Shown in pieces: positions 35,691 through 45,243 of a stretch of 64,000 nt of DNA (position 1 is its first letter; the number at the start of each line of letters is the position of its first letter). Below the pieces are notes generated by a model. It was not told the DNA's origin. It worked only from the letters and a program-made list of their open reading frames with translations, and did not search any database. The DNA lies in assembly GCA_050250855.1 (NCBI GenBank), contig JBFWNW010000001.1, positions 409,357 to 473,356 of the forward strand, in the 5' to 3' direction. This DNA comes from Candidatus Babeliales bacterium. GTDB taxonomy: Bacteria > Babelota > Babeliae > Babelales > JACPOV01. The position numbers and the translations under genes are program-made.

Positions 35691-37280
35691 TTATTTCATA
35701 TAGGGAAGTAATTTTTTTTTCTGTTCTTCAGTTGAACTATAATAGATATCGGATAAATTATAAATTTTTTTGCCTTCCTTAAGTGTATGTATTATATGTG
35801 GAAATAAGATATCTCGCTCTCCAGTCGAATTATAATAGATGTTCGATATCTTTAATTCCTTGCCTTCTTTAAGCGCTTTTATAATTTCTGGTAGTAAGAT
35901 CTTTCTTTGTTCTTTGGTTGACTTGCTATAAATGACATTTAAATCTTCAATTTCATCACCCCGACAAATTATCTTGCCTATGATGCTAGGAAATAAAATA
36001 TTTCTTTGCCTGTCAGTTGATCTAGCATAAATCCTAGCTAAACCATCAATTTTTTCACCCTGGTTGAGCATTTTAACAATAAATGGAAGTAATATATCTC
36101 TTTGTTTTTCAGTTGAATGCTCATAGGTCCAAAATAAATTAAGTTGATGTACAATAAATGGAAGTAATATATCTCTTTGTTCATCAGCTGAATGCTCATA
36201 GATCCAACGTAAACCATCAATATTTTTGCCTTGTTTAAGCGCTTCAGCAATACTCAGAAGTAATGTATTTTTTTGATCATAGGTTGAGAACAAATACATC
36301 ATACCTAATCCTTCAATTTTTCTGCCTTGTTTAAGTGCTTTCCCAATACTTGGCAGTAATATCTTTCTTTGTTCATCAGTTGAGTCATTATAGATTGTTC
36401 CTAAGCTTTCAATTTCCTTGCCTGTTTCAAGGGCTTGTACAATATCGGGAAGTAATATATTTTTTCTATATTCGTTAGGTGCCTTAATATAGATATTAGA
36501 TGGGCAGAAGCCTTTAATTTTCTTGCCTTGCTGAAGGGTTTGTACAATAAAAGGAAATAATATATTTTTTTGCTTTTCAGTTAAGGGGCTATAGATTAAA
36601 TCTAAATCTTCAACTATCATATTTTGCTTAAATGCTTCTGTAATGCCCGAACATAATATATTTTTTTGTTCTTCAGATAAATGCCAACAGATGGAATGTA
36701 AAGAATTAAGCTTCTTAGCGCACAGTGTTCCTTGTTTAATCTCTTGAGCAATATCTGCAATCACAACGTCTTGTTGCTCATTAGTTAATGAACGGTAGAA
36801 ATCAGGTTCATAAATATCATCCCCATACCACCATCGAAGACCTTTGACGTACATTGTTGTCCACAAGCCGGCGCTAGCATGCATGATTTTATTATTAGAA
36901 AGTTGAGAGTAGGTTGTAGTTTGTGTGCCAAGCGGCAATTGCTTTTTGTTGTGTTGATAATTCATAGCACGTACTGCTTGCAAGCCAAAAGCTTGAGATT
37001 GATTATGTGCTAAGGTTTTGCCAAAGTTTGCAAAAAGAGAGGGGTTGTTTAAGGTGGTGGGCAGCATAGCAGTTTTTGGCTGCTTGCCAAGCACTTGTAC
37101 TGTTTTTTGTGCACCAAGAGCTCCTTGGTTTTTGAGCCAGGTTTGCGCTGCTTTATTGAAAAAGCCTTGAGCACTTTGGGTGCTTTTTTGTACCAATTTT
37201 TGCAGGGCCTGCATAGGGTAGGCTGGTTGCTGCATGAACACCAAACCTGTACCGAGAGCTATTTTAACCAGTTTATGCAT
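35691..37280 (-). CDS. Secreted ~32-aa-repeat protein (about 11 repeats)
   Basis: The start MHKLVKIALGTG matches its paralog. Repeats follow the pattern L..IY..ST.EQ+.ILLP.I...L+.G..I.. Confidence 0.55.
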   Translation of the reverse strand: MHKLVKIALGTGLVFMQQPAYPMQALQKLVQKSTQSAQGFFNKAAQTWLKNQGALGAQKTVQVLGKQPKTAMLPTTLNNPSLFANFGKTLAHNQSQAFGLQAVRAMNYQHNKKQLPLGTQTTTYSQLSNNKIMHASAGLWTTMYVKGLRWWYGDDIYEPDFYRSLTNEQQDVVIADIAQEIKQGTLCAKKLNSLHSICWHLSEEQKNILCSGITEAFKQNMIVEDLDLIYSPLTEKQKNILFPFIVQTLQQGKKIKGFCPSNIYIKAPNEYRKNILLPDIVQALETGKEIESLGTIYNDSTDEQRKILLPSIGKALKQGRKIEGLGMMYLFSTYDQKNTLLLSIAEALKQGKNIDGLRWIYEHSADEQRDILLPFIVHQLNLFWTYEHSTEKQRDILLPFIVKMLNQGEKIDGLARIYARSTDRQRNILFPSIIGKIICRGDEIEDLNVIYSKSTKEQRKILLPEIIKALKEGKELKISNIYYNSTGERDILFPHIIHTLKEGKKIYNLSDIYYSSTEEQKKKLLPYMK

Positions 37281-37298
37281 AATAAATTCCATTTATTT

Positions 37299-38216
37299 TT
37301 AGAATAACCCGTGTTTATTCATATAGGGATGCAATATATTTTTCTGTTCATTAGTTGAAGAACCATAAATCTCAGATAAACCTTCAACTTCCATACCTTC
37401 ATTATATGCTTGCAGAATGCTAGACAATAATATATTTTTTTGCTCTTCAGTTGAGTGGCAATAAATGTCATCTAAATAATCAATTTTCTTGCCTTGATTA
37501 AGTGATTGTACAATATATGGAAATAATGTATTTCTTTGTTCTTCAGTTGATTTTTTATAGATATCCGATAAATATTTAATTTCTATATCTTGTTTAAGAG
37601 CTTGTATAATAGCTGGAAATAATATGTTTTTTTGCTTTTCAGTTGAGTAGAAATAAATGCCAGCTAAATTATCATTTTTTATATATGGAAGTAATCTATT
37701 TCCTTGTTCTTCAGTTGATTTTTTATAGATATCCGATAAATATTTAATTTCTATACCTTGTTTAAGGGCTTGTATAATAGCTGGAAATAATATATTTTTC
37801 TGCTTTTCGGTTGAGTGGCAATAAATGTAATCTAAATAATCAATTTTCTTGCCTTGATTAAGTGATTGTACAATATATGGAAATAATATATTTTTTTGCT
37901 CTTCAGTTGAATGGTAATAGATAAGACCTAGCCATTCAGCTTCAATACCTTGTTTAAGTTTCATTAGAATATATGGAAATAATATATTTTTTTGCTCTTC
38001 AGTTGAATCTGTATAGATCTCACCTAATTTTTCAATTTCCATACCCTGTTTAAGTTTTTCTGCAAAATATGGAAATAGTATATCTCTTTCTTCCTTAGAT
38101 GAATACCTATAGATTTTATTTAAATCATTAATTGAATGTTCACAGTTTATAGGCATAGAACTCTGTAAAGCAAACACCAAACCTGTAAAGATAGCTATTT
38201 TAACCAGTTTTTGCAT
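37299..38216 (-). CDS. Secreted ~32-aa-repeat protein (about 9 repeats, highly regular)
   Basis: 305 aa. Repeat examples: LGEIYTDSTEEQKNILFPYILMKLKQGIEAEW and LDYIYCHSTEKQKNILFPAIIQALKQGIEIKY. A ~120-nt segment is duplicated almost exactly (approx 37541-37660 vs 37708-37827). Confidence 0.55.
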   Translation of the reverse strand: MQKLVKIAIFTGLVFALQSSMPINCEHSINDLNKIYRYSSKEERDILFPYFAEKLKQGMEIEKLGEIYTDSTEEQKNILFPYILMKLKQGIEAEWLGLIYYHSTEEQKNILFPYIVQSLNQGKKIDYLDYIYCHSTEKQKNILFPAIIQALKQGIEIKYLSDIYKKSTEEQGNRLLPYIKNDNLAGIYFYSTEKQKNILFPAIIQALKQDIEIKYLSDIYKKSTEEQRNTLFPYIVQSLNQGKKIDYLDDIYCHSTEEQKNILLSSILQAYNEGMEVEGLSEIYGSSTNEQKNILHPYMNKHGLF

Positions 38217-38366
38217 AACAACTCCATCATTTATGGGAAATAATATATAAATACATAGTAATAATACCTCAAAAAAAGCCTTTTTTCAAGGGGTTTAAGA
38301 CTTATACCTTGCTTCAATTCTATATTTTGCTATGGTTATGCAAATAATGTTTAAAGGATAAAATTT

Positions 38367-38855
38367 ATGAATATACTCTCTATTTTACAAGGAACCCCCT
38401 ATTGGGTCTGGAATATACTTGCCTATCTTATTATATCAGGAGCAAAGGCAACGAAACCTGTTGTTTTTCCTCTCTGGCGTTTTGGCATAATGCCATTAGT
38501 TTTTGTAGTATGGTCACTTACTTCTTTGCATACGCGTTGCGGTAGTTGTTTATCATTGTATGCTTTTTGGGTTGCAGCATTATTTTTTGGAATAGGAGTA
38601 GGGTATTGTTTACTGCAAAGAACATCAATAACTTTCGATGCGCAAGGATCAATCCATCTTCCAGGAAGCTTTGTTCCTTTGCTTTTGTCGTTATTATTTT
38701 TTGCTGGTAAATATAGTTTAGGCGTTACGTATGCACTTAATCCAGCGTTAAAAACAAGCTTTTTATTGGGTTTTGATGTGGCATTATCAGGTGTTATTTC
38801 AGGAATTTCTTTAGGAAGATTTTTGAATATTGTTTATCGGTATAAGAAAGCATAG
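38367..38855 (+). CDS. Hypothetical integral membrane protein
   Basis: 162 aa with 4-5 hydrophobic helices. Confidence 0.45.
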   Translation: MNILSILQGTPYWVWNILAYLIISGAKATKPVVFPLWRFGIMPLVFVVWSLTSLHTRCGSCLSLYAFWVAALFFGIGVGYCLLQRTSITFDAQGSIHLPGSFVPLLLSLLFFAGKYSLGVTYALNPALKTSFLLGFDVALSGVISGISLGRFLNIVYRYKKA

Positions 38856-38859
38856 TACA

Positions 38860-39687
38860 ATGTTGTATCTTTTTATTATAACTACTTACTGTATATCATG
38901 GACATTATTGTATTATGCTGTTGCACCAGATTTAGTGATGTTTGTGCCTGGGCTTACTGCTTTTTTTTTCATGATAGTTGAAAGGAAAAGCTTTTTTGCT
39001 ATAGTGCATTCTTTGCGCCTAGGATCTTTTAGAAATCTTTTTTTGGGATTTTTAATTTCTTTATCAGCATTTTTATTATATATAAGTTGCGCTCATCTTA
39101 GTTTGTCGTGTGTTTTTGGTTTATCTGAACAAGCATTAGCTTACCATGGCAATAGTGCATTCAAGGCCTGGATTAGCTTTTTTACGATAGGTTTTCCTTC
39201 TCTTTTTGCAGTTAGCTTATTCTTTGCTTTTTTTGAAGAAATTGGATGGCGAGGTTATTTACTCAAAAAAATCAATCAAAGATATTCAATGTCAATTCTC
39301 AAGAAAAGCAGTATAGTAGGATTACTTTGGGGGTTGTGGCATATTCCTCTTTACATAATTTCTCCTACTGAGCCAGTAAGAATTGTTATATTTCTCTGCA
39401 ATGTTGTTTTAATAGCTATTCCGTACACCTGGCTTTATGAAGGTGAATATTCTGTTTGGCCTACTACCATTGCTCATGCTCTGCATAATACCTTATTTAA
39501 CGTTGTCCTTTCTGCAATAACTTTGCATTCATCGAGTTCTTTGTGGCTTTATGGTGAAGAAGGGCTTCTTGTGACCGGAGTTTATAGCATACTTATTATT
39601 ATTGGCTTTCTGGTCAATAAGTTTATACAAGCTGACAAAACAGAGTTTCTTCTATATACTAGGGTCAAAAACTTTGTAAAAAATTAA
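38860..39687 (+). CDS. CPBP-family intramembrane glutamic endopeptidase (CAAX protease-like)
   Basis: Has the EExxxR motif (FFEEIGWRGYL), a FxxxH-like motif (LWGLWHIP) and HxxxN (HALHN). The track start, TTG 38830, overlaps the upstream gene, so I prefer ATG 38860. Confidence 0.75.
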   Translation: MLYLFIITTYCISWTLLYYAVAPDLVMFVPGLTAFFFMIVERKSFFAIVHSLRLGSFRNLFLGFLISLSAFLLYISCAHLSLSCVFGLSEQALAYHGNSAFKAWISFFTIGFPSLFAVSLFFAFFEEIGWRGYLLKKINQRYSMSILKKSSIVGLLWGLWHIPLYIISPTEPVRIVIFLCNVVLIAIPYTWLYEGEYSVWPTTIAHALHNTLFNVVLSAITLHSSSSLWLYGEEGLLVTGVYSILIIIGFLVNKFIQADKTEFLLYTRVKNFVKN

Positions 39688-39708
39688 GACTGCCAAACAA
39701 GGATTCGT

Positions 39709-42645
39709 ATGTCCAACGATACAAAAAAACCTGAAAAAGTAAGCTTTAAGGATACTCTAAACCTGCCAACGACCGATTTTCCTATTCGTGCTAACCCAAA
39801 AGTTGATGATTTGGCGTTGCTAGAGCGTTGGCAAGCAGAAGGTCTTTATGAAAAATCTTTTACGCATAATGAAGGCAATGAAAAATTCATTTTTCATGAC
39901 GGGCCGCCGTATGCTAACGGTAATATTCACTTGGGCAGTGCTTATAATAAAATTTTAAAAGATATTGCCTGCAAAGGTCAGCGCATGGCCGGCAAGCAGG
40001 TGCCGGTAACACCCGGTTGGGATTGCCATGGTTTGCCAATTGAACTGAAGGTAACCAAAGAATATCCAGGTCTTGCTCCAGAGGCACTCAAAAAGCAGTG
40101 CCGTGCGTATGCGCAAAAGTGGGTTGACATTCAACGTCAAGAGTTCAAAAGTTTAGGAGTTCTTTTTAATTGGCAACATCCTTATTTGACGATGGCTCCA
40201 ACCTATGAGGCGCAAGAGTTGCGTGCATTGGGTGAATTTATTGCACAAGGATATATTGCTAAAAAAAATAAAACAGTACCATGGTGCGCTTCGTGCCAAA
40301 CGGTACTTGCTTCTGCTGAAATTGAATATCATGAGCGCAAAGATCCTTCTATTTATGTAAAATTTCCTTTATTGCAGCCTGACGTTGCAAAGCTTTTTGC
40401 CAAGCATGCAGCTATGCCTGTTAGCATGTTAATCTGGACAACAACGCCGTGGACGTTGCCGTTAAATAGAGCGGTGCTCATAAAGCCTGATGCAACCTAT
40501 GAATTACTTGAAGCTGACGGACAAGGTATTATTGTGGGCGCAGCTTTGGCAGACAAAGTAATGGCGTTGCTTGAAAAACCCAAAAAAGTTTTAGCACAAA
40601 TTCCAGCGCAAGCGTTGGCTGGTTTAAAAGTTGCGCATCCATTTATTCAAAATTTCCATGTGCCCGTTATTCTTGACCAATCAGTTTCATTGACCGATGG
40701 TACTGCCTGCGTACATTGCGCACCCGGATGTGGCCCAGAAGATTATGAAACCGGTATTCGTAACAAATTAGAAATTTTTTCACCAATAAGTCCTGATGGC
40801 AAATATCAGCGTGGTATTGAGCCAAACGTGCTGGAAGGTATGCCGGTTGCTGATGGCCAAGGATGGGTGATAAAAATGTTACAAGAAAATGGCAACCTTC
40901 TTGCAAAACAATCTATTAAACACTCGTATCCACACTGCTGGCGCTGCCGCAATGGTTTAATTTTTAGAGCAACCAAGCAGTGGTTTTTAGATTTGTCGCA
41001 TAATAATTTACGTCAAAGAGCATTAGATGCTATTGAAAAAATAGAGTTTGTACCAGATCGTACGCGTAACTTTTTAAAAGCAACCGTTTCAGGCCGTTTA
41101 GAGTGGTGTATTTCGCGCCAACGCACGTGGGGCGTGCCGATTCCTGCCTTATTATGTACAACGTGTGAATATGCTGTTATAAGCAAAGAATTTGTTGATC
41201 GCGTAGCGCAGGGAGTAGAAAAAGATGGCATTGAATATTGGGATACGGTAAACCTTGCTGATCTTGGCGTGAAAGATCTACAATGTCCACAATGTACTGG
41301 CCTTGCATTTAAAAAAGAAAAAGATATTTTGGATGTTTGGTTTGATTCTGGTGTAAGCCATTATGCAGTCCTTTATAAAAATCCAGCACTTGGTTTTCCA
41401 GCCGATCTTTATTTAGAAGGTCTTGATCAACATCGCGGGTGGTTTCAAAGTTCATTACTCACCAGTTTAGTACTTGAGCAAAAAGCTGCGATGAAAACTA
41501 TTGTAACGCATGGTTTTACCGTTGACCAAAAAGGTCATAAAATGTCCAAATCTTTGGGCAATGTAGTAACGCCACCAGAAATTATAGAAAAACTTGGCAC
41601 TGATGGTTTACGCCTTTGGGCTTCCAGTATAGATTTTGGCGGAGACGCAATTGTTTCTGATGTGCTGTTAAAAAACGTTGCTGAGGTGTTTCGTAAAATT
41701 CGCAATACGTTACGCTTTTTACTTTCAAACTTATACGATTTTGATATTGATAAGGATGCCGTTACGCTTGAAGATATGCTCATGATTGATCGCTATGCTA
41801 TGGAGCAACTATTCCACGTCAATTATCGCATTATCAAAGCGTACCATGCGTATGATTTTACGGCAGTATTTCATGAACTTGCTGATTACACAGCAAAAGA
41901 GTTAAGCTCACTGTATTTGGATATTATCAAAGATCGTTTGTATGTTGAAAAGAGTGATGGCTTTTTGCGTAGATCAGCGCAAACGACATGTTGGCATATT
42001 CTTGATACGCTAACGCGTGCGATTGCGCCGATTTTATCATTCACTGCAGAGCAGGTTTCTGATCATTATCAAAAAAATAAAAAGGAATCTATTCATTTGC
42101 AAAACTTTGCACCATTGCATGACGTATGGCGCGCTGTTGCTGATGCTGCAAAAATTGACGTTCCTGAAATTCCAGGAACTAATTGGTACCCGCTGCATGG
42201 CCACATTGATGAGACGGTTAAAAAGATTGAAGAAACAACGTTCCATCAAGAACGTACGTTGCAATGGGATGTGGTTTTTGAGCTGCGCGATGCATTGCTC
42301 AAAGCAATTGAAGCGCAGCGCGAAAAAGGGTTAATTAAACATCCTTTAGAAGTAAAGCTCACTGTATGCTTAAAACTTTCAAAAGAATATATGCAAGCGT
42401 TGAATGCATTCTTTACTGACGTCAAAAAGACACAAACAAAAGAACAGTTTTTCCAAGAGTTGCTCGTTATCTCTCAGTTTATAGAACAAGCATCTCATGA
42501 AGGACTGGAAGAATCTAAAGAGCTTTCTGGCTTGTGGACAAAGGTTGAGCATGCAGAGGGCCAAAAATGCCCACGCTGCTGGAAGTGGGAAGTAACGCAG
42601 CATCCTGATGCATTGTGTGTGCGATGCCAAGAAATTGTTGGTTAA
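39709..42645 (+). CDS. ileS: Isoleucyl-tRNA synthetase
   Basis: 978 aa. Contains PPYANGNIHLGS (HIGH), GWDCHGLPIE, KMSKSLGN and a C-terminal zinc knuckle CPRCWKW...CVRC. Confidence 0.95.
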   Translation: MSNDTKKPEKVSFKDTLNLPTTDFPIRANPKVDDLALLERWQAEGLYEKSFTHNEGNEKFIFHDGPPYANGNIHLGSAYNKILKDIACKGQRMAGKQVPVTPGWDCHGLPIELKVTKEYPGLAPEALKKQCRAYAQKWVDIQRQEFKSLGVLFNWQHPYLTMAPTYEAQELRALGEFIAQGYIAKKNKTVPWCASCQTVLASAEIEYHERKDPSIYVKFPLLQPDVAKLFAKHAAMPVSMLIWTTTPWTLPLNRAVLIKPDATYELLEADGQGIIVGAALADKVMALLEKPKKVLAQIPAQALAGLKVAHPFIQNFHVPVILDQSVSLTDGTACVHCAPGCGPEDYETGIRNKLEIFSPISPDGKYQRGIEPNVLEGMPVADGQGWVIKMLQENGNLLAKQSIKHSYPHCWRCRNGLIFRATKQWFLDLSHNNLRQRALDAIEKIEFVPDRTRNFLKATVSGRLEWCISRQRTWGVPIPALLCTTCEYAVISKEFVDRVAQGVEKDGIEYWDTVNLADLGVKDLQCPQCTGLAFKKEKDILDVWFDSGVSHYAVLYKNPALGFPADLYLEGLDQHRGWFQSSLLTSLVLEQKAAMKTIVTHGFTVDQKGHKMSKSLGNVVTPPEIIEKLGTDGLRLWASSIDFGGDAIVSDVLLKNVAEVFRKIRNTLRFLLSNLYDFDIDKDAVTLEDMLMIDRYAMEQLFHVNYRIIKAYHAYDFTAVFHELADYTAKELSSLYLDIIKDRLYVEKSDGFLRRSAQTTCWHILDTLTRAIAPILSFTAEQVSDHYQKNKKESIHLQNFAPLHDVWRAVADAAKIDVPEIPGTNWYPLHGHIDETVKKIEETTFHQERTLQWDVVFELRDALLKAIEAQREKGLIKHPLEVKLTVCLKLSKEYMQALNAFFTDVKKTQTKEQFFQELLVISQFIEQASHEGLEESKELSGLWTKVEHAEGQKCPRCWKWEVTQHPDALCVRCQEIVG

Positions 42646-42665
42646 CTATAAAAAAAGGAATAATC

Positions 42666-43436
42666 ATGTTAAAAACTGTTTGCGCTCTTGTTTTGTGTAG
42701 TAGTTTGGTAAGCTTCTGTGCAATAGAGTATCATCCCGAACTTGAAAGAACAGCAGAAGAAGTTGCCTGTTTTAATGAAACAGATGATAATGCTGAACGC
42801 TATTTGGCGTATCGAGATCTTCCGGAGCTTTTTAAACAATATACATCTGGGCCAAAAGCATTAGATTTTGGGGCAGGAACAGGAATTTCAACAAAGTTAC
42901 TACTCAATAACAATTTTTCTGTTTGCGCCGCAGACGTAAGCACAGAGATGGCAAAGCAGTTTAGGATTAATTATCCTGAAGTTCCTTTGTATATGATAAA
43001 TAATAATGAACTGCCATTTGCCGCGCATAGTTTTGATCTAGTATTTTCAAGCCTTGTTATTCTTGAAATTGCAAGCAAAGAGGCCCTCAAAGAATACTTT
43101 AAAGCCGCTCATGGCATTTTAAAAAAAGATGGTATTTTTGTTATTCTCAACACCAGTGATACTGCCTATACCAAGAATTGGTTTCTTTTTGGCAACGATT
43201 ATCCAGAAAACAAAAATCTAAAAAGTGGCGATTTAGCTACTATTTTTCAGTACGAAGGAAATATTAAATTTAGCGATTATTATTGGCTTGAGTGTGACAT
43301 AAAAGCTTTAGTTGAAGAAGTCGGTTTTGAGATGATAACAATTCATCATCCATTAGGAAAGAGCGATGAGCCTTATGCATGGCGCGATGAATTAGAAGAT
43401 TCTCCCTTTGTGCTTTTTGTAGCACGTGCACTGTAA
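42666..43436 (+). CDS. Class I SAM-dependent methyltransferase with an N-terminal signal-like segment
   Basis: Motif I is ALDFGAGTGISTKLLL. I prefer the start MLKTVCALVLCSSLVSFCA at 42666. Confidence 0.65.
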   Translation: MLKTVCALVLCSSLVSFCAIEYHPELERTAEEVACFNETDDNAERYLAYRDLPELFKQYTSGPKALDFGAGTGISTKLLLNNNFSVCAADVSTEMAKQFRINYPEVPLYMINNNELPFAAHSFDLVFSSLVILEIASKEALKEYFKAAHGILKKDGIFVILNTSDTAYTKNWFLFGNDYPENKNLKSGDLATIFQYEGNIKFSDYYWLECDIKALVEEVGFEMITIHHPLGKSDEPYAWRDELEDSPFVLFVARAL

Positions 43437-43438
43437 AG

Positions 43439-43562
43439 TGTGGTTCGAGACGTCCAGGCTTCATTAAAACTACGCCGGACTCCTCACCACGAACGGAGAG
43501 TTAAATTTTCGCTCATCCTGAGTGATTTGTGAAACAAATTGTATCGAAGGATTTGAGCGCTT
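43439..43562. repeat. Composite palindromic repeat
   Basis: tggttcgagacgtccaggcttc..ctacgccgga.tcctcaccacgaacgg matches 59083-59140. It is followed by the module cgctcatcctgag...tcgaagg...gagcgc. Confidence 0.8.
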
Positions 43563-43574
43563 TAATTGAAATTG

Positions 43575-44729
43575 TTACGCAGTTTTATGATACTGCTCAA
43601 GGGCTTCATGTATAAATGCACTATCAGCAAATGTCGTTAGCATACCGCCTTGGATTTTGTCACTCGGTGAACTAATAATCATGCGATTATTTCTGTACTT
43701 TTCTTCCAGAGTTTTATCATACGCAGAGCCGGTTATGCATTTGAAAAGGTGAACTGTTTTTGACAAAGCTTCATGCGTATGTGCGTGGCCACCATCATTA
43801 CCCATAACAACGTATACATTGTGCAAATTATTTTTTGCCAATGATGCCAGATAGGCGGCTTCATTATTGTTTGAAACAACAACATCTTTATGTTGAAAGT
43901 GCACTAATATTTTGAGGGGAAGATTGCCAAGAAGCGCTGCATTTTCAAAAGCATCGAGACCATCAAGTTTATACTGTGTTACTTTTGAAACCAAAGAAAG
44001 TGGCGCAGCCGTATCTTTCATAGAGCGTAACGGGATGTCTAACACTATTGAGCCATTAAGTATAACGCTGAGCAGATGAGCTCTGTCTTGTTGTGTGATA
44101 CCAATTTCAGCAAGTTCCTTTTCATGGTTTTTAAAAAGAGTATCGTCATGCAAGAGCGCAATCAGATTTACAACAGTAGCGGCACCACGAGAAATACCAA
44201 AAAGATCTATTGCCGTAAGATTGAGTTCATGTACTACGTGCTTTAACGTATAAAGTGCCGGCAATACGTCAGGGAGCTGCCCAAATGATGATTTCCAAAA
44301 TGGCGCAAAAGCTGTCTTTGCATCAGGAAAATTGAAAGTAATAATATCACCGGGAAGTATTTTAAAGTAACGTTTTAAAATTTTAGCGCTATTTTGTTGG
44401 TTTTGCCAACCGTGGAAAAATAAGGTTGGGTGATGGGCTTCTTTATATTGCATATCTTTTATATAAGATATTTTTAAAGGATAGCCAAATAACTTTTTTT
44501 CAGTTTTTTTATCTCTTCTGATTGTTTTGTATTCCCATGCCTCGTCAAGCTTATTTGAACTGAGGAGTAGTTGTATACCATAAAAAATTTCTTTCATGCC
44601 AGTGCCAAATGATGGGAAAAATTCTTTAAAAGGGGCATCAGGTGATTTAAACTGCTTTAAGCCAATAAGTGGTTTGGTGCTTGGTGTGGAAAGAATAAAA
44701 AGGGATAATAAAAGTAATTTTTTGTTCAT
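43575..44729 (-). CDS. Secreted alpha/beta-hydrolase-like protein (G-I-S-R-G-A-A-T motif)
   Basis: 384 aa with a signal peptide. DLFGISRGAATVVNLIALL and a late H (GGHAHTHE). Distant paralog of the 21137-22177 gene. Confidence 0.5.
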   Translation of the reverse strand: MNKKLLLLSLFILSTPSTKPLIGLKQFKSPDAPFKEFFPSFGTGMKEIFYGIQLLLSSNKLDEAWEYKTIRRDKKTEKKLFGYPLKISYIKDMQYKEAHHPTLFFHGWQNQQNSAKILKRYFKILPGDIITFNFPDAKTAFAPFWKSSFGQLPDVLPALYTLKHVVHELNLTAIDLFGISRGAATVVNLIALLHDDTLFKNHEKELAEIGITQQDRAHLLSVILNGSIVLDIPLRSMKDTAAPLSLVSKVTQYKLDGLDAFENAALLGNLPLKILVHFQHKDVVVSNNNEAAYLASLAKNNLHNVYVVMGNDGGHAHTHEALSKTVHLFKCITGSAYDKTLEEKYRNNRMIISSPSDKIQGGMLTTFADSAFIHEALEQYHKTA

Positions 44730-44862
44730 AAGGCAACCTCTAAAGCATTTCTATTTGTATAAACTATTCTATTTGTATAAACTATAATAATATATTTTAT
44801 ATAATTTGTCAAATTGAGCCATGAGTGGTTCTGAATGTAAATTTTACCTAGGTTATATACAT

Positions 44863-45175
44863 CCCGTTCGTGCCCCTCGATACACCGAGCAACGCTCGGC
44901 ACTCGGGGTGATCGGGGCAACTGGTGAGCCTGTCCTGAGCCCTGTCGAAGGGGGTTTTTCGAAGAAAAACGTCTCAGCCTGCCCGCCGAAGTTTTAACGA
45001 AGGCTGGGAACCATTCGAACTCAAAATTTAAAAATTATATATTTTTTAGGATTTCGTATGGTTCGAGACGCAAACTAAATAAGTTTGCTCCTCACCACGA
45101 ACGGAATTTAAATAATTCTTAATAACTCGATTGATTCATTTTTATTAAAAATCCTTAGATTGAGTTTACGTCGGT
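44863..45175. repeat. Largest mosaic of palindromic repeat modules in the window
   Basis: Contains, in order: ccgttcgtgcc..., cctgagccctgtcgaaggg, ggtttttcgaagaaaaacgtctc (as at 22311-22332), cagcctgcccgccgaag..cgaaggctgggaaccattcgaac, atggttcgagacgcaaactaaataagtttgctcctcaccacgaacgg, and an ~80-nt tail shared with 59932-60006. Confidence 0.85.
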
Positions 45176-45181
45176 TGTGAA

Positions 45182-45218
45182 TAAAAAAACGGCGTGGCAG
45201 ATAACAATGCCACGCCGT
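45182..45218 (-). terminator. Rho-independent terminator of the 45244-47319 gene
   Basis: 11-bp stem acggcgtggca/tgccacgccgt, followed on the minus strand by ttttttt. Confidence 0.7.
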
Positions 45219-45243
45219 AACGATTCTTATTACAAGTAAAAAC

